Made by a program: the position numbers and the translations under genes | Source of the DNA: Octopus sinensis | Lineage: Eukaryota | Assembly: GCF_006345805.1 (NCBI RefSeq) | Contig: NC_043003.1 | Location: 4,402,001 to 4,466,000 of the forward strand | Length of the DNA stretch: 64,000 nt | Direction of reading: 5' to 3' | In this document: piece by piece, positions 1 through 11,230 of the stretch | Layout: every line of letters starts with the position of its first letter | Numbering within the stretch: position 1 is the first letter of the stretch | Notes under the pieces: model-generated | Told to the model about the DNA's origin: nothing | Database searches by the model: none | What the model saw: the letters and a program-made list of their open reading frames with translations, nothing else

Positions 1-118
1 TGCATACCCCTGATACGCGTTTCATATCAGAGTCTGTTAACCTGATATTTACATTTTCTTTACCATGTGTTGCAATTACGCAATCCTCTCGAAGGAAACT
101 GAAGAATTAGAAACAGTC

Positions 119-169
119 CAAAGGCCTTGTGAATGGATTTGGTAGACGGAAACTGAAAGAAGCCCGTCG

Positions 170-204
<35 letters not shown>

Positions 205-399
205 TTGTCCCCACCCCACAACATCGCCTGACAACCGGTGCTGCTATGTTTACGTCCCCGTAACTTAGCGGTTCGGCAATATAATAAGCACTAGGCTAAC
301 AAAGAATAAGTCTTGGTTTCGGTTTGTTTGACTAAAGGCGGAGCTCCAGTATGGCCGCAGTCAAATGACTGAGACAAGTAAAAGTATAAAAGCGAAAGA
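119..399 (+). mobile_element. SINE family B, 5'-truncated copy
   Basis: Matches the full copy at 7291-7680: gccttgtgaatggatttggtagacggaaactg, internal (TA)n(TG)n, tail ccagtatggccgcagtcaaatgactgagacaagtaaaag. Confidence 0.85.
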
Positions 400-560
400 A
401 TCAAAGAACATCAAAAACTCGTTTTCAATTATTTCTTTCTCTTCTTTTATTATTGTGTGTTTTTTTATTCGGTACAACCGTCGTCCTTTGATGTGTTCAC
501 GTTTGTTCTTTTATTCTTTGATTCTCGTTTTAAGATATTGCATATTCGAGCTGGCATAAA

Positions 561-791
561 GGCGGCGAGCTGGCAGAAACGTTAGCAAGCCGGGCGAAAT
601 GCTTTGCGGTATTTCGTCCGCCGCTGCGTTCTGAGTTCAAATTCTGCCGAGGTCGACTTTTGCCTTTCATCCTTTCAAGGTCGATAAATTAAGTACCAGT
701 TACGCACTGGGGTCAATGTAATCGACTTAATCCGTTTGTCTGTCCTTGTTTGTCCTCCCTGTGTTTAACCCCTTGTGGGCAGTAAAGAAAT
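561..791 (+). mobile_element. SINE family A (tRNA-like head, core gcctttcatcctttcggggtcgataaattaagtaccag), long-tail type
   Basis: Multi-copy in the window. 17-bp target-site duplication agatattgcatattcga at 533-549 and 792-808. From memory the core resembles the Meta/MESC SINE domain; not verified. Confidence 0.9.
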
Positions 792-1067
792 AGATATTGC
801 ATATTCGACTACGGTCTCGTTGGTCCAATATGCAATAAGGGGACTTATTTACAGGTACTTCTTTCGATTCCGAAATCCAGTACACGTACACGCACGCACT
901 CGCGTACACACACGCTCACACACACACACATACTCGGACATAAATCTATGTACATATACAGTATCTATATGTACATATGTATTTTATATATGTCCATATA
1001 TATGTATATGTGTGTGTATCTCTCACCAGTCTTCGTCTTTTGTTTTCGTTAAATCTGAGCTATATAT

Positions 1068-1383
1068 TCTTTTACTTCTTTCAGTCATTTGAGTGTAGCC
1101 ATGCATGATCACTGCTTTTAGTCGAACAAATCGAGCCCAGAATTTATACTTTGTAAAGCATAGTACTTATTCTATCGGTCCTTTTGCTGAATCGATAAGT
1201 TACGAGGACGTAAACACACCACCATCGGTTGTCAAGCGATGATGGGGGGGGGACAAACACAGACACACAAACATATACATATATATATGACGTACTTCTT
1301 TTAGTTTCCGTCTACCAAAACCACTCACAAGGCTTTGGTCAGCCCGAGGCTATATTAGAAGACACTTGCCCAAGGTGTCACTC
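1068..1383 (-). mobile_element. SINE family B, 5'-truncated copy
   Basis: Reverse complement of the family B body and tail (ttcagtcatttga...gacacttgcccaaggtg). Confidence 0.85.
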
Positions 1384-1633
1384 TTCAGAGAGGGATGAGA
1401 GAAAGAAAATGGAGAGCGCAAGAAAAACCAAAATATACAGGAATTTACGGTTCCGTATTATGAATATATATATGTATATCTATAGTAGAAATATGTTACG
1501 AAAAGAAAATATAAAATACACGTGGAAATTTTAGGGTAAAAAATGAAAAATCAACGAAAATGCATATTGCAGATAGAAAAAGGCTATTTATGACAGGTAG
1601 TGAAAAATATATACATTTAGATCGACTGAGATA

Positions 1634-1699
1634 GTAATACGAGTCATAAAGTAATACGAGTCATAAAATAATACGAGTCATAAAGTAATACGAGTCATA
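1634..1699. repeat. 17-bp minisatellite, about 4 copies
   Basis: gtaatacgagtcataaa repeated in tandem. Confidence 0.9.
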
Positions 1700-2125
1700 T
1701 TATTATGAGATGATTATAAGATGTTAATAATAATAAAGTAAGAGAACAAAACGAACCAATTGGTTTACGCGTAGGCTATTCATCGTTTGAACAACACCGG
1801 TTAATATACGGTGTCAGGTCTAATAGTTCCTGAGAAAAAAGATTATTTGTAAGGGAGGTAAGTAGTTCTGGAAAAAGAGATGTGAGTGATGTAGGAAGTG
1901 TATAGGGTTTAGTGGTTTAAATTGAAGAGTTAGTGGTGTTCTGTATTGAGATGTGTGTTCATATTTAGTTGGGGGAGAAATTTGTTGATGAAAAATGACT
2001 CTTTATTCAATACACAAACACATGCATATATATATATATATGTATATATATATACAAATATACATATATGTATACACACACACACCACACACACATATAT
2101 ATATATATATATAATATAATATATA

Positions 2126-2159
<34 letters not shown>

Positions 2160-2169
2160 CTCCAAAGTC

Positions 2170-2560
2170 AATCGGAAGGACGGGGATTGGCGATTCTTAC
2201 AATCGTCTTCCTTTTCTCTTTCTTCCCTTCGTCTTCCCCTTCCTGAAGAAGAGTTTTGCTCGAAAAGTTAAACCATCTCTCTTTCCTTCCCTGAGCGTCT
2301 GCTAATACTTTACATGTACCACGTCCTCGCGTTATTGTTTTATTGTGTTCGTTCTTCGTCTGATATATATATTTATAAAGTTAATCCAAACAAGAATGTA
2401 CAAAAAAACACAACGCGAGGACGTGGAACAAATAAAGTATTATTGGACGCTCAGGAAACAAGGAAAGAAGGAGGGTTTAACGTTTCGAGCGGAGCTCTTC
2501 GTCGGAAACATAGGAGAAGGAAAGATCCAGAGAAGGAAAGACAGAGGAAAAAAATCGCCA
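2170..2560. mobile_element. Tail-to-tail inverted pair of hammerhead-bearing, PLE-like repeat copies around a TA tract
   Basis: Arms share cctgagcgtc..taatacttta..ccacgtcctcgcgtt in opposite orientation. Hammerhead-like motifs at 2243-2273 (+) and 2475-2509 (-). Confidence 0.7.
2475..2509 (-). ncRNA. Minimal type-I hammerhead ribozyme motif (U4C core)
   Basis: GUUU-CCGACGA-A-GAGC/UCC/GCUC-GAAA-C-GU-U-AAAC. Stem I guuu/aaac, stem II 4 bp, palindromic stem III. Confidence 0.6.
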
Positions 2561-2639
2561 ACGGTACACACGAGGTCACACACACACACACACACACCAC
2601 ACACACACCACACATATATATATATAATATATATATATA

Positions 2640-3285
2640 TCCTTAAATCCTTAAAAATGTTTTAGCCCGGCCGCGGCCATGCTGGGCACCACCTCTGAAT
2701 GAGCTACACTAATTTGTGAATCCACCTCTGATACGTGGCACTTGATCAACAAGGAGTTCGATGCTGCTGCCCGCATCCGCGTCTCCTGTCGTCGTGAGGT
2801 AGGCTCATCTGGGACTCCCGACAAGAAGGATCCAGTTTAGTTTTAAAGAAACCCACATCCACACCATGTAAGTCTCTCAGGCATTTAGGGAGGATGTTAA
2901 AGAGCTGTGGTCCTCTGAAACCCAAGCTGTTGCAGTATCTGGACCTGTATTTGATGGTGATGTTGGAATCCTTGGCACCACGCAGCGGCGCCCCGTTCTG
3001 CAGTTGGAGTAACTTTGAATGCCAAGTTTGGGACAACCCTCCAGGACTTTCCAGATGTATATCACCGCATATCTCCCCCGCCTCCGCTCTAGGGAGAAGA
3101 GGTTTAATACCTTCAGTCTTTCCCAGTAGCTGATATTTTGCATTGAGACGATTTTCTTTGTGTAGCTTCTCTGAATTGCTTCGAGTTCTGCTGTTAGTTT
3201 TATATTGTGTGGTGACCAAAGTTGGGAGCAGTAGTCCAAGCGGCTGAGGACGAATGTTTTCTAACAAGCAGGTGGCCGGTCATGA
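2640..3285 (-). mobile_element. CR1/L2-like LINE, 5'-truncated 3' end
   Basis: Frameshifted ORF2 C-terminus (DYCSQLWSPH, WERLKVLNLFSLERRR, NSLGFRGPQLFNILPK). Short tandem tail atttaagg abutting (TA)n. Confidence 0.9.
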
Positions 3286-3331
3286 TTTACCTTAAAATAA
3301 AAGACAGAAAGACTGCATACATACATACAGT

Positions 3332-3374
<43 letters not shown>

Positions 3375-3589
3375 GCGTACGTAAATACATACATACATAA
3401 ATATATGCATAGTTCCCTGCTTGTTGCCCAAAATCCAATTGGAGAGCTTCGTCTCTGAGCAAAGACAGGATCTCTGTCATTTTTCTGAGAAATTTCAAAA
3501 ATAACACAAGAGAAACACAGACACAAGCGTGCGCCTGCATCACCACCGTGAACAGGGATTAATCTTCTCTCTTAGCTCTTTTACGCCAT

Positions 3590-4020
3590 TTGGTCTCAAC
3601 TCTCCCCCCTCCTCATCTAACCTCCCCCCGACTCCTGCTTCTCTTCGGTGCTTCATCTTTTCACCCCTACTCTCTTTCCCTCCTCTTCCCTTCTTCCCTC
3701 CTCTTCTTTCCTCTTTCTTCTTCCCTCTTCCCCTTCTCTCTTTATCTCTGCTCCCTCACTCCCCTTCTCTCCCCCCCCTCCTCCTCTCCCCTCCTTTCCC
3801 ATCCCCTCCTCTTCTCCTTTCCTTCCTTCTCCCCTTCCACCCTCCTCATCCGTCCTCCCCCTCTTCTCTTCTTTCTTTCTCCCCCTCATCTCATCTCACA
3901 CTCCCCTCTCATCTCCCCCTCCTCACTCTCACCTTTCCTCTTCTCCCTCGTCTTTCCTTCTACCCCCTCTTCCCCCTCGCCATCCCCCACATCTCACCTC
4001 CCCCCTTCCCCCACATACAT
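3590..4020. repeat. Polypyrimidine/polypurine low-complexity tract
   Basis: About 430 nt almost entirely C/T on the + strand. Confidence 0.9.
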
Positions 4021-4044
4021 ACTCTCTCATACACACACGCACCC

Positions 4045-4335
4045 TTATGTTGGGGCGAAGTGATTTAACCCTGTTATCTCCCCTATTTTCGCTCTTGCAT
4101 CTCACGTTTGATCTCTGACTTCTGGCCAGAATCAGATCGCCATGTTGAATCGCTAGCTTCTGCACGCATTTTTTCTCTCCTTGTTTCTTTTCTGTGTATC
4201 TTTCTGTTGAAGAGCGTAGGCTCGAAACGTAAAAGACTTGTTTTATTTCTATTCCTGAGCGCCATACTAATACAATTGTTTGTTTGTATTCCACCTGCCT
4301 TCGTTTTTTGTTTATTTTCATAAAGCTTCCCGTTA
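4045..4335 (+). mobile_element. Non-autonomous PLE-like repeat, family E (CUGUUGA hammerhead variant)
   Basis: Near-identical to 38062-38362. Motif at 4199-4236. Ends in (TA)n. Confidence 0.7.
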
Positions 4336-4350
4336 TATATATACATGTAT

Positions 4351-4448
<98 letters not shown>

Positions 4449-4528
4449 GCATAGATATAAATATACTAGGAAAAGATACAACATAGATATGCATTTATGC
4501 ATACAGATACATCCCATATGTGTACATG

Positions 4529-4576
<48 letters not shown>

Positions 4577-4988
4577 ATGTCTATGATATTTGTGTGATAT
4601 ATCATTATTACGAAGCTCATACCATAAAATTATGTGTGCATGTGTGCATGTGTGCATGTGTGTGTGTGTGTGTGTGTGTTTGTGTGCGTTGTTAATACAT
4701 ATATGTTCCTTCTTAATACTTCCTGTTGTACATAATTGATAAACCTGGCAACGCAAATAATACAGGAGAAGCTAAAGGTTAATAAGTGACAAGCAGACGA
4801 AGCATCTGGGAAAGCAGTCTTTTCGTTTACGATTACATTCTTTCATGGCCGTAGCCAATCACATGTGACTACATTGATGCAAGCTTGCTTAAAATACTTC
4901 ACGGATGCCTTGCAGCTCGAGCGTACACACGTAGATGTATATACGCCGACATGTATATACGTGTATTGTGTGTATATACGTGTATATG

Positions 4989-5068
<80 letters not shown>

Positions 5069-5249
5069 AGATAGATAGATAGATAGATAGATATAGATAT
5101 GTGTGTATACATATACGTGTAGTAGGCATTGGTATGTGCTTTTGCGTTTCTGCAAGTGTATATGTATCACTGGTTGTGGATTTGATGCGTTCTTTCCTAT
5201 GTATATGTGTACTTTTGTACGCACGTTCAATGACTTAGGCCGTGTGAGT

Positions 5250-5282
<33 letters not shown>

Positions 5283-5857
5283 CTATATATATATACACTC
5301 ATACACACAACCATACACACACATACTGTGGGAGAAAGAGAGAGAGAGAAAACAGATATAGATATATGTATGTGTGTGAGTGTGTATTCTCATCTGACAA
5401 ATCCCCATATATCAGAAACAGTATCGCATAAAATCCTGATGTGCTGAAATTAACTCCTCCTCTACAGAATACGTCAGAATTAACAAACGGCCATTTTGAA
5501 CGGCTTTATAAAGAAGGGGAGATAATCTCGAGTTTCTGCAAGGGTGACATACCATTCAGGAAAGAGAGAGTCAGGTGATCAGAGAAGGTATTTGTAAAAA
5601 CATGTTTCTACCTTAATAAAAGTCATCATTCTCAGTTTACACAGCTGAAAATTAATACTAGTTAAATGATGGAGCATATCTATTTTCCTCCAGCTATCAC
5701 ACCTTCAAGGTTCCGATGCTTCCAATAGGATAGGCACCTGAGCGTGTTGCTGTCTGATAGGAATTGGATGATAAATATCAATTTGTCAAATTTTGTAACA
5801 ATTTACCACCAAGTCTTGCTACCAAATCCTAATGAAGGCATATGGCTTTATGCTTAG

Positions 5858-6040
5858 GGCATACGGCTAATGAGGGACACATTGTGAGTTCAATTCTTGG
5901 CGGCACCTTGCGTCCTTCAGCAAGTATTCCCCTTTCACGTTGCTCCAGTTCATTCACCTGGGGAAAATTTTTTGCAAGCCGGCTGTTCTGTTGATCAGAT
6001 CAACTGGAACAGCCATCTTGGTAACCGAAGGAGTGCAAGT
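5858..6040 (+). mobile_element. Diverged SINE with a family D-like core and a family C-like tail
   Basis: cacgttgctccagttca core; ctgttctgttgatcagatcaactggaac...taaccgaaggagtgc tail. Confidence 0.55.
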
Positions 6041-6054
6041 TTCGTATATGGATA

Positions 6055-6335
6055 CACACATGAATACATTCATGCATGCATACATACATACATACACACA
6101 ATCATGCACACATACATACACACATACATGCATACATACATACAAATACATACACACATACATATATACACACATACCTCCATGCATGCACACATACATA
6201 CGTGCACACATAAATGCAAGCACTCATACATACATGCACACAAATGCATGCATACACACATACAAACACGCATGCATGCATACATACACACATACATACA
6301 TGCATACATACATACACACATACCTACATGCACAC
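6055..6335. repeat. Degenerate (TACA)n microsatellite; similar arrays at 6740-7135, 12995-13235, 26395-26830 and 28090-28545
   Basis: Directly visible. Source of the many HTYI/MYVC pseudo-ORFs. Confidence 0.9.
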
Positions 6336-6341
6336 ATTTGT

Positions 6342-6731
6342 GGAGGCGCAATGGCCCAATGGTTAGGGCAGCGGACTCGCGGTCATAGGATCGCGGTTTC
6401 GATTCCCAGACCGGGCGTTGTGAGTGTTTATTGAGCGAAAACGCCTAAAAGCTCCACGAGGCTCCAGCAGGGGATAGTGGTGATCCCTGCTGTACTCTTT
6501 CACCACAACTTTCTCTCAATCTTACTTCCTGTTTCTGTTGTACCTGTATTTCAAGGGGCCGGCCTTGTCACTCTCTGTGTCACGCTCAATATGCCCGAGA
6601 ACTACGTTAAGGGTGCACGTGTCTGTGGAGTGCTCAGCCACTTACACGTTAATTTCACGAACAGGCTGTTCCGTTGATTCGGATCAACCGGAACCCTCGT
6701 CGTCGTAACCGACGGAGTGCTAAGCAGTGCT
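6342..6731 (+). mobile_element. SINE family C, full length
   Basis: tRNA-like head with A box (tggcccaatggttagg) and B box (gtttcgattccc). Second copy at 9487-9772. Confidence 0.85.
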
Positions 6732-7290
6732 TCCACCACATGCACACATACATACACGCAAATGCATACATACCCACATACAAACACGTAAACATACATG
6801 CATACATGCATACACACATACATGCATACATACATATATACACACATACATACACACATAAATACATACATACACACATACATGCATACATACATACAAA
6901 TGCATACACACTTATATATATACACACATAAATACATGTACGCATACATATATGCACACAAATGCATACATGCATACATGCATACATGCACACATAATGC
7001 GTACATACAAACACACATACATGCATACATGCATACATACATACATGAATACACATATACATACGTGCATATATACATGCACACAAATGCATGCATACAC
7101 ACATACATACACGCACACATACATGCATACATACAACTGCAGTTTGGAATACACATATTAGAAATTCCAAAACATGCAAAGATTGCTAACTTCAGTTTTC
7201 GTACCAAAGCAACCTGATCAACAAAGCGGTTCCACTGCAACTGGTTTGAGGTGAGTTTGTTGATTAGTAATATATATATATATATATATA

Positions 7291-7680
7291 GGCGCAGGAG
7301 TGGCTGTGTGGTAAGTAGCTTGCTTACCAACCACATGGTTCCGGGTTCAGTCCCACTGCGTGGCATCTTGGGCAAGTGTCTTCTGCTATAGCCCCGGGCC
7401 GACCAATGCCTTGTGAGTGGATTTGGTAGACGGAAACTGAAAGAAACCTGTCGTATATATGTATATATATATATGTGCGTGTGTGTCTGCGTTTGTCGGC
7501 CTAGCATTGCTTGACAACCGATGCTGGTGTGTTTACGTCCCCGCCACTTAGCGGTTCGGCAAAAGAGACCGATAGAATAAGTACTGGGCTTACAAAGAAT
7601 AAGTCCCGGGGTCGATTTGCTCGACTAAAGGCGGTGCTCCAGCATGGCCGCAGTCAAATGACTAAAACAAGTAAAAGAGT
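7291..7680 (+). mobile_element. SINE family B, full length (tRNA head, CORE-like segment, internal TA/TG microsatellite)
   Basis: A box tggctgtgtggtaag, B box ggttcagtccc, CORE-like ggcatcttgggcaagtgtc. agtaatatatata occurs on both flanks (probable TSD). Confidence 0.9.
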
Positions 7681-7855
7681 AATATATATATTTCTTATAA
7701 ACAAGGGCAAAAGATAATTATTTCTGTGCCAATATGCTGATAACAGACTTTTAAATCGTCAATTTCCACATATTGTTTATGTATACACTACAGAAATACG
7801 TTGTGCTGAAATCGAGGAAAGCTGGCCAATAGAATTTTTTTTTAAAAGTTCGTTA

Positions 7856-7917
7856 TTTCTATATTGAATCAATTTCGGAATTAATCTCATAATAGATTTT
7901 TTCCTCTTCAGTAGAAA
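7856..7917 (-). ncRNA. Type-I hammerhead ribozyme motif, canonical core (family F)
   Basis: UUUCUA-CUGAAGA-GGAA(AA)AAUCU/AUUAUG/AGAUU(AA)UUCC-GAAA-UUGA-U-UCAAU-A-UAGAAA. 6-bp stem I. Predicted cut between 7862 and 7861. Confidence 0.8.
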
Positions 7918-8447
7918 ATACGTATAGGAAATAAATGAAATACTTACAAGCGCCCATGGAAAAAAAGCCGAAGCAAAAATCATGAGTACACATAAGTACC
8001 GCAGATATATCTAAATATAAAATCCTTTGGCTATATATATATGTATGTATATGTGTGCGTGTGTGTGTGTGTATGTGTATACAAACAAAGATACATACAT
8101 ACATACATATACATACATACATACATACATACATACATACATACATACATACATACATACAAGTATGTATGTATGTATAAATAAAGAGATTAGTGTTTGT
8201 ATATACAATTATGCATGCGGTCTGGCGTTTGTTTATCATTTTTGCGAGTGTATTTAATTGATGTTTGGTGATGTCTATATATTAACTATGGTGAGCGAAA
8301 AATTCTGTGCGGAAATTAGGTGATCTTTAATCTGACTAGAAGAGACGGTTGCGGAGGTAAGAGAGAGAGAGAGAGAGAGAGATAGAGTGATGTGGGAAGA
8401 GACGATGTGTTTGGTGAGCGAGAGGAGAATCGAGAAAAATATATATG

Positions 8448-8497
<50 letters not shown>

Positions 8498-9104
8498 ATT
8501 ATATATGTGCGTGTGTGTGGTTGTGTGTGTGTATGTGTGTGTGTGTGTGCATATATTAAATGGTGAACAGAGAAATAGTATTGAGAAAAGATGGGGGTGT
8601 GGGTAAGAGAGGGAAGTGGAGAAAGTGTGAACCACACCCTTCTATTAAAGTGCTCAAGGAGTGTTGATTGTAATGCTTATTGAAATCTAGCAGAACAGCT
8701 TATCTCCAACATCTCGTTAGGCTGCTCCTATTTGCTTGCCTTTCCTCGTATGTAATCTATAGGGTCACCCTGTATATAACCTCTCTCTCTCTCCTTTTCC
8801 TTTTCTCTCTTTCTCTCTTCTCTCTCTCTCTCTCTCTCTCACTGGCTATTACTTAATTCTTCACTAAAACATCCTGTTTAGAGACTCAGATGCTATTTTC
8901 AAGCTTCATTGCTTCTCAGTTTTTCTTTAATATTTGCATATTACCATATTCCAGACATTCCTGGCCGAGACAAATTTTCTTTCCTCTCTTTCTGTTCATT
9001 TGCTTCTTTTGTTTCTTTTTGGCACATCCTACGCGCACGCGCACATGCACTAATACATACATTCATACACACGAATACGTTCATGCATACATACATATAT
9101 ACGC

Positions 9105-9248
9105 CGCATGCTTCCGTGGTTAGGTGTGCTACGCTCATAATTGTGGCATCGGAGTTTCGATTCCCAGACTGGCTGTGCATTGAGCTCTTGAGCAAAACAC
9201 TTCATTTCATGTTGCTCCAGTCCACTCAACTGTAAAGTGAGTCACCCT
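9105..9248 (+). mobile_element. SINE family D 5' fragment, diverged
   Basis: cttgagcaaaacacttcatttcatgttgctccag matches the family D core. Confidence 0.6.
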
Positions 9249-9304
9249 ACCACAGAATAGCCTTAGTGGACATCATCATTCGAAAGATAAAACGATACTT
9301 TTGT

Positions 9305-9389
9305 ACAAGACTCTTGCCCAAGATGCCACGCTGTGGGCCTGAACCCGGAACCATGTGGTTGGTAAGCAAGCTACTTGCCACACAGCCAC
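9305..9389 (-). mobile_element. SINE family B head fragment
   Basis: Reverse complement of the family B tRNA head. Confidence 0.8.
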
Positions 9390-9486
9390 TTCTGCATCTA
9401 ATCCCCTTGCCCAATAATATTGGACCCGCCGGAATCTTTTCCCAACTTCTGGAGGTGTTGACCTTCAATTGTTTCAGTAGGTAGGA

Positions 9487-9772
9487 GCACTCCGTCGGTT
9501 ACGACAATGAGGGTCCCAGCTGATACGATCAACGGAACAACTTGCTCGTGGAATTAACGTACAAGTGGCTGAGCACTCCACAGACACGTGTACCCTTAAG
9601 AGAAAGTTGTGGTGAAAGAGTACAGCAGGGTTCACCACCACCCCCTGCAGGAGCCTCGTGAAGCTTTAGTGGTTTTCGCTCAATAAACACTCACAATGCC
9701 CGGTCTGGGAATCGAAACCGCGATCCTACGACCGCGAGTCCGCTGCCCTAACCACTGGGCCATTGCGCCTCC
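9487..9772 (-). mobile_element. SINE family C, internally deleted copy
   Basis: Reverse complement of 6342-6731. Flanks tgtttcagtag / tgtttcaatag look like a TSD. Confidence 0.85.
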
Positions 9773-10539
9773 ACTGTTTCAATAGAACATTAAAGACAAA
9801 AACCTCACCAGTTTTAGAAGGACTGTAAGGGACTTGGGCTCTGCCCTTTCTTGTAGAAGTAGCAAGACAAAATGAAATGAAAAAGGATACCCCTGCCAAT
9901 AACTGTGGCTCAAGAGAAATGTGGTGAATGGCGTTGGGACTGAATTGTGTTGTTATTTAACTGCATTTATCTCTGATTTCGTAGACATATAATCAAATGC
10001 ATTGCAACCATGGCCATCCCACATTATTAAAGGATTGGATACTCCAGACTACATTATACCCCAAGCCCTTCTCTATGACATCATGATAAAACTATGATTT
10101 GAAATATATTTGACTGCTATTTCTAACAGGCTGTATGACTCATTTGACGCTCCTTGTGAACCAGTTTATCATGGCTTAGTGCAACCGGCCAAAAACTAGT
10201 AAATTACGTCATACAAGAGGCACCGTATCCAAGACAACGCCTTTGAAATAGTGTGAAATATATTAGAGATTTGTGAGGGGGTGGGAGGTGTGTGTGTGTG
10301 TGTGTGTGTGTCTGGTTTTGGCACTAGGAATAAAACCAAAGAACGGTAAAGAAAACAAAGTTCATTTCTAATGTGATACAAGTGCAAAAATGTCTAGAAT
10401 ATTGCGACCAGCATCTTCTTTCCAGTGCCTGCACCTTTCTCCGTAAACTCAACGCTGGACTGTGTCCACGTGGCCGTGAAGGGCATTATTCATGCTTTGC
10501 TCCAAGATGAGGGAAGGAGTGGGGAGAAAGAAGATTTAG

Positions 10540-10740
10540 GTTGGCAAGCCGGGTGAAATGATTTGTGTTATTTCATCCGCTACTACGTTCTGAGTTCAAA
10601 TTCCGCCGAGGTCGACTTTGTCTTTTATCCTTTTGGGGTCGATAAATTAACTACCAATTACTCACTGGGGTCGATGTAATCGACTTAATCCGTCTGTTTG
10701 TCCCCTCTATGTTCAGCCCCTTGTGGGCAATAAAAAAAAA
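10540..10740 (+). mobile_element. SINE family A copy
   Basis: Core and long tail present. Confidence 0.85.
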
Positions 10741-10849
10741 GATATGGGTCTATTATCCAATTTGTAAATTCTACACTGGTTACTTTAGCGTTAAACCATT
10801 CGAAAGAACGAATAGACTTTTGACCCAACCTGAATATTTTCATGGCGAA

Positions 10850-11230
10850 CCCTGGGTCATCACATCAGACTATTTTAAACGCTTTCTCGAACATTGTATG
10901 GTCCTCCATCAAGCGGATGCCATCTCTTGTAGAATGTGCTGAGGTTGAAGATCTGTTCGGCCGTGCTTCTTCCATTGTGGATACATGCCATCTTGTATCT
11001 CGGCTATGATGTTTCTGCCTGGAGTCTCACCCTATTCAGGAAGACCCTGATTGTTACTTTGCCGTCAAGGCTGATCTTGTTGGTTTGGCAATTCTGACAG
11101 TCATGGAGGTTGATTTGGTCAGCAATAAACTCCAGTGAATCGACCGGTCACCTGTCTGTCAGATCTTATTGTAGATGGCCATAAGAACGTCTGTCTTGGT
11201 CAAAACCTTCCTTATTCAGCAACTCGGTAG
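10850..11230 (-). pseudogene. RTE-clade LINE reverse transcriptase fossil
   Basis: Manual translation across frameshifts gives KVTIRVFLNRVRLQAE...GRSTAEQIFNL, resembling RTE RT motifs. Confidence 0.6.

Noticed and set aside
11-55. Minus-strand hairpin AUAUCAG/CUGAUAU followed by GAAACGCGUA
   Set aside because: Looks like the 3' half of a hammerhead, but the CUGANGA strand and stem I are absent, so it is not counted as intact.
94-125. CUGAAGA-AUUA-GAAAC-A-GUC on the + strand
   Set aside because: No stem II or stem I pairing.
5600-5640. Minus-strand AUGAUGA...GAAACAUGUU
   Set aside because: C3 is missing and the stems are only weak G-U/A-U pairs; compatible with chance.
6342-6415. tRNA-like heads as true tRNA genes
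   Set aside because: They continue directly into SINE bodies and lack a clean cloverleaf acceptor stem.
7645-7680. SINE B tail hairpin plus GAAAC-AA-GU-A as a hammerhead
   Set aside because: There is no CUGANGA strand. It is better explained as a LINE-type 3' recognition stem-loop.
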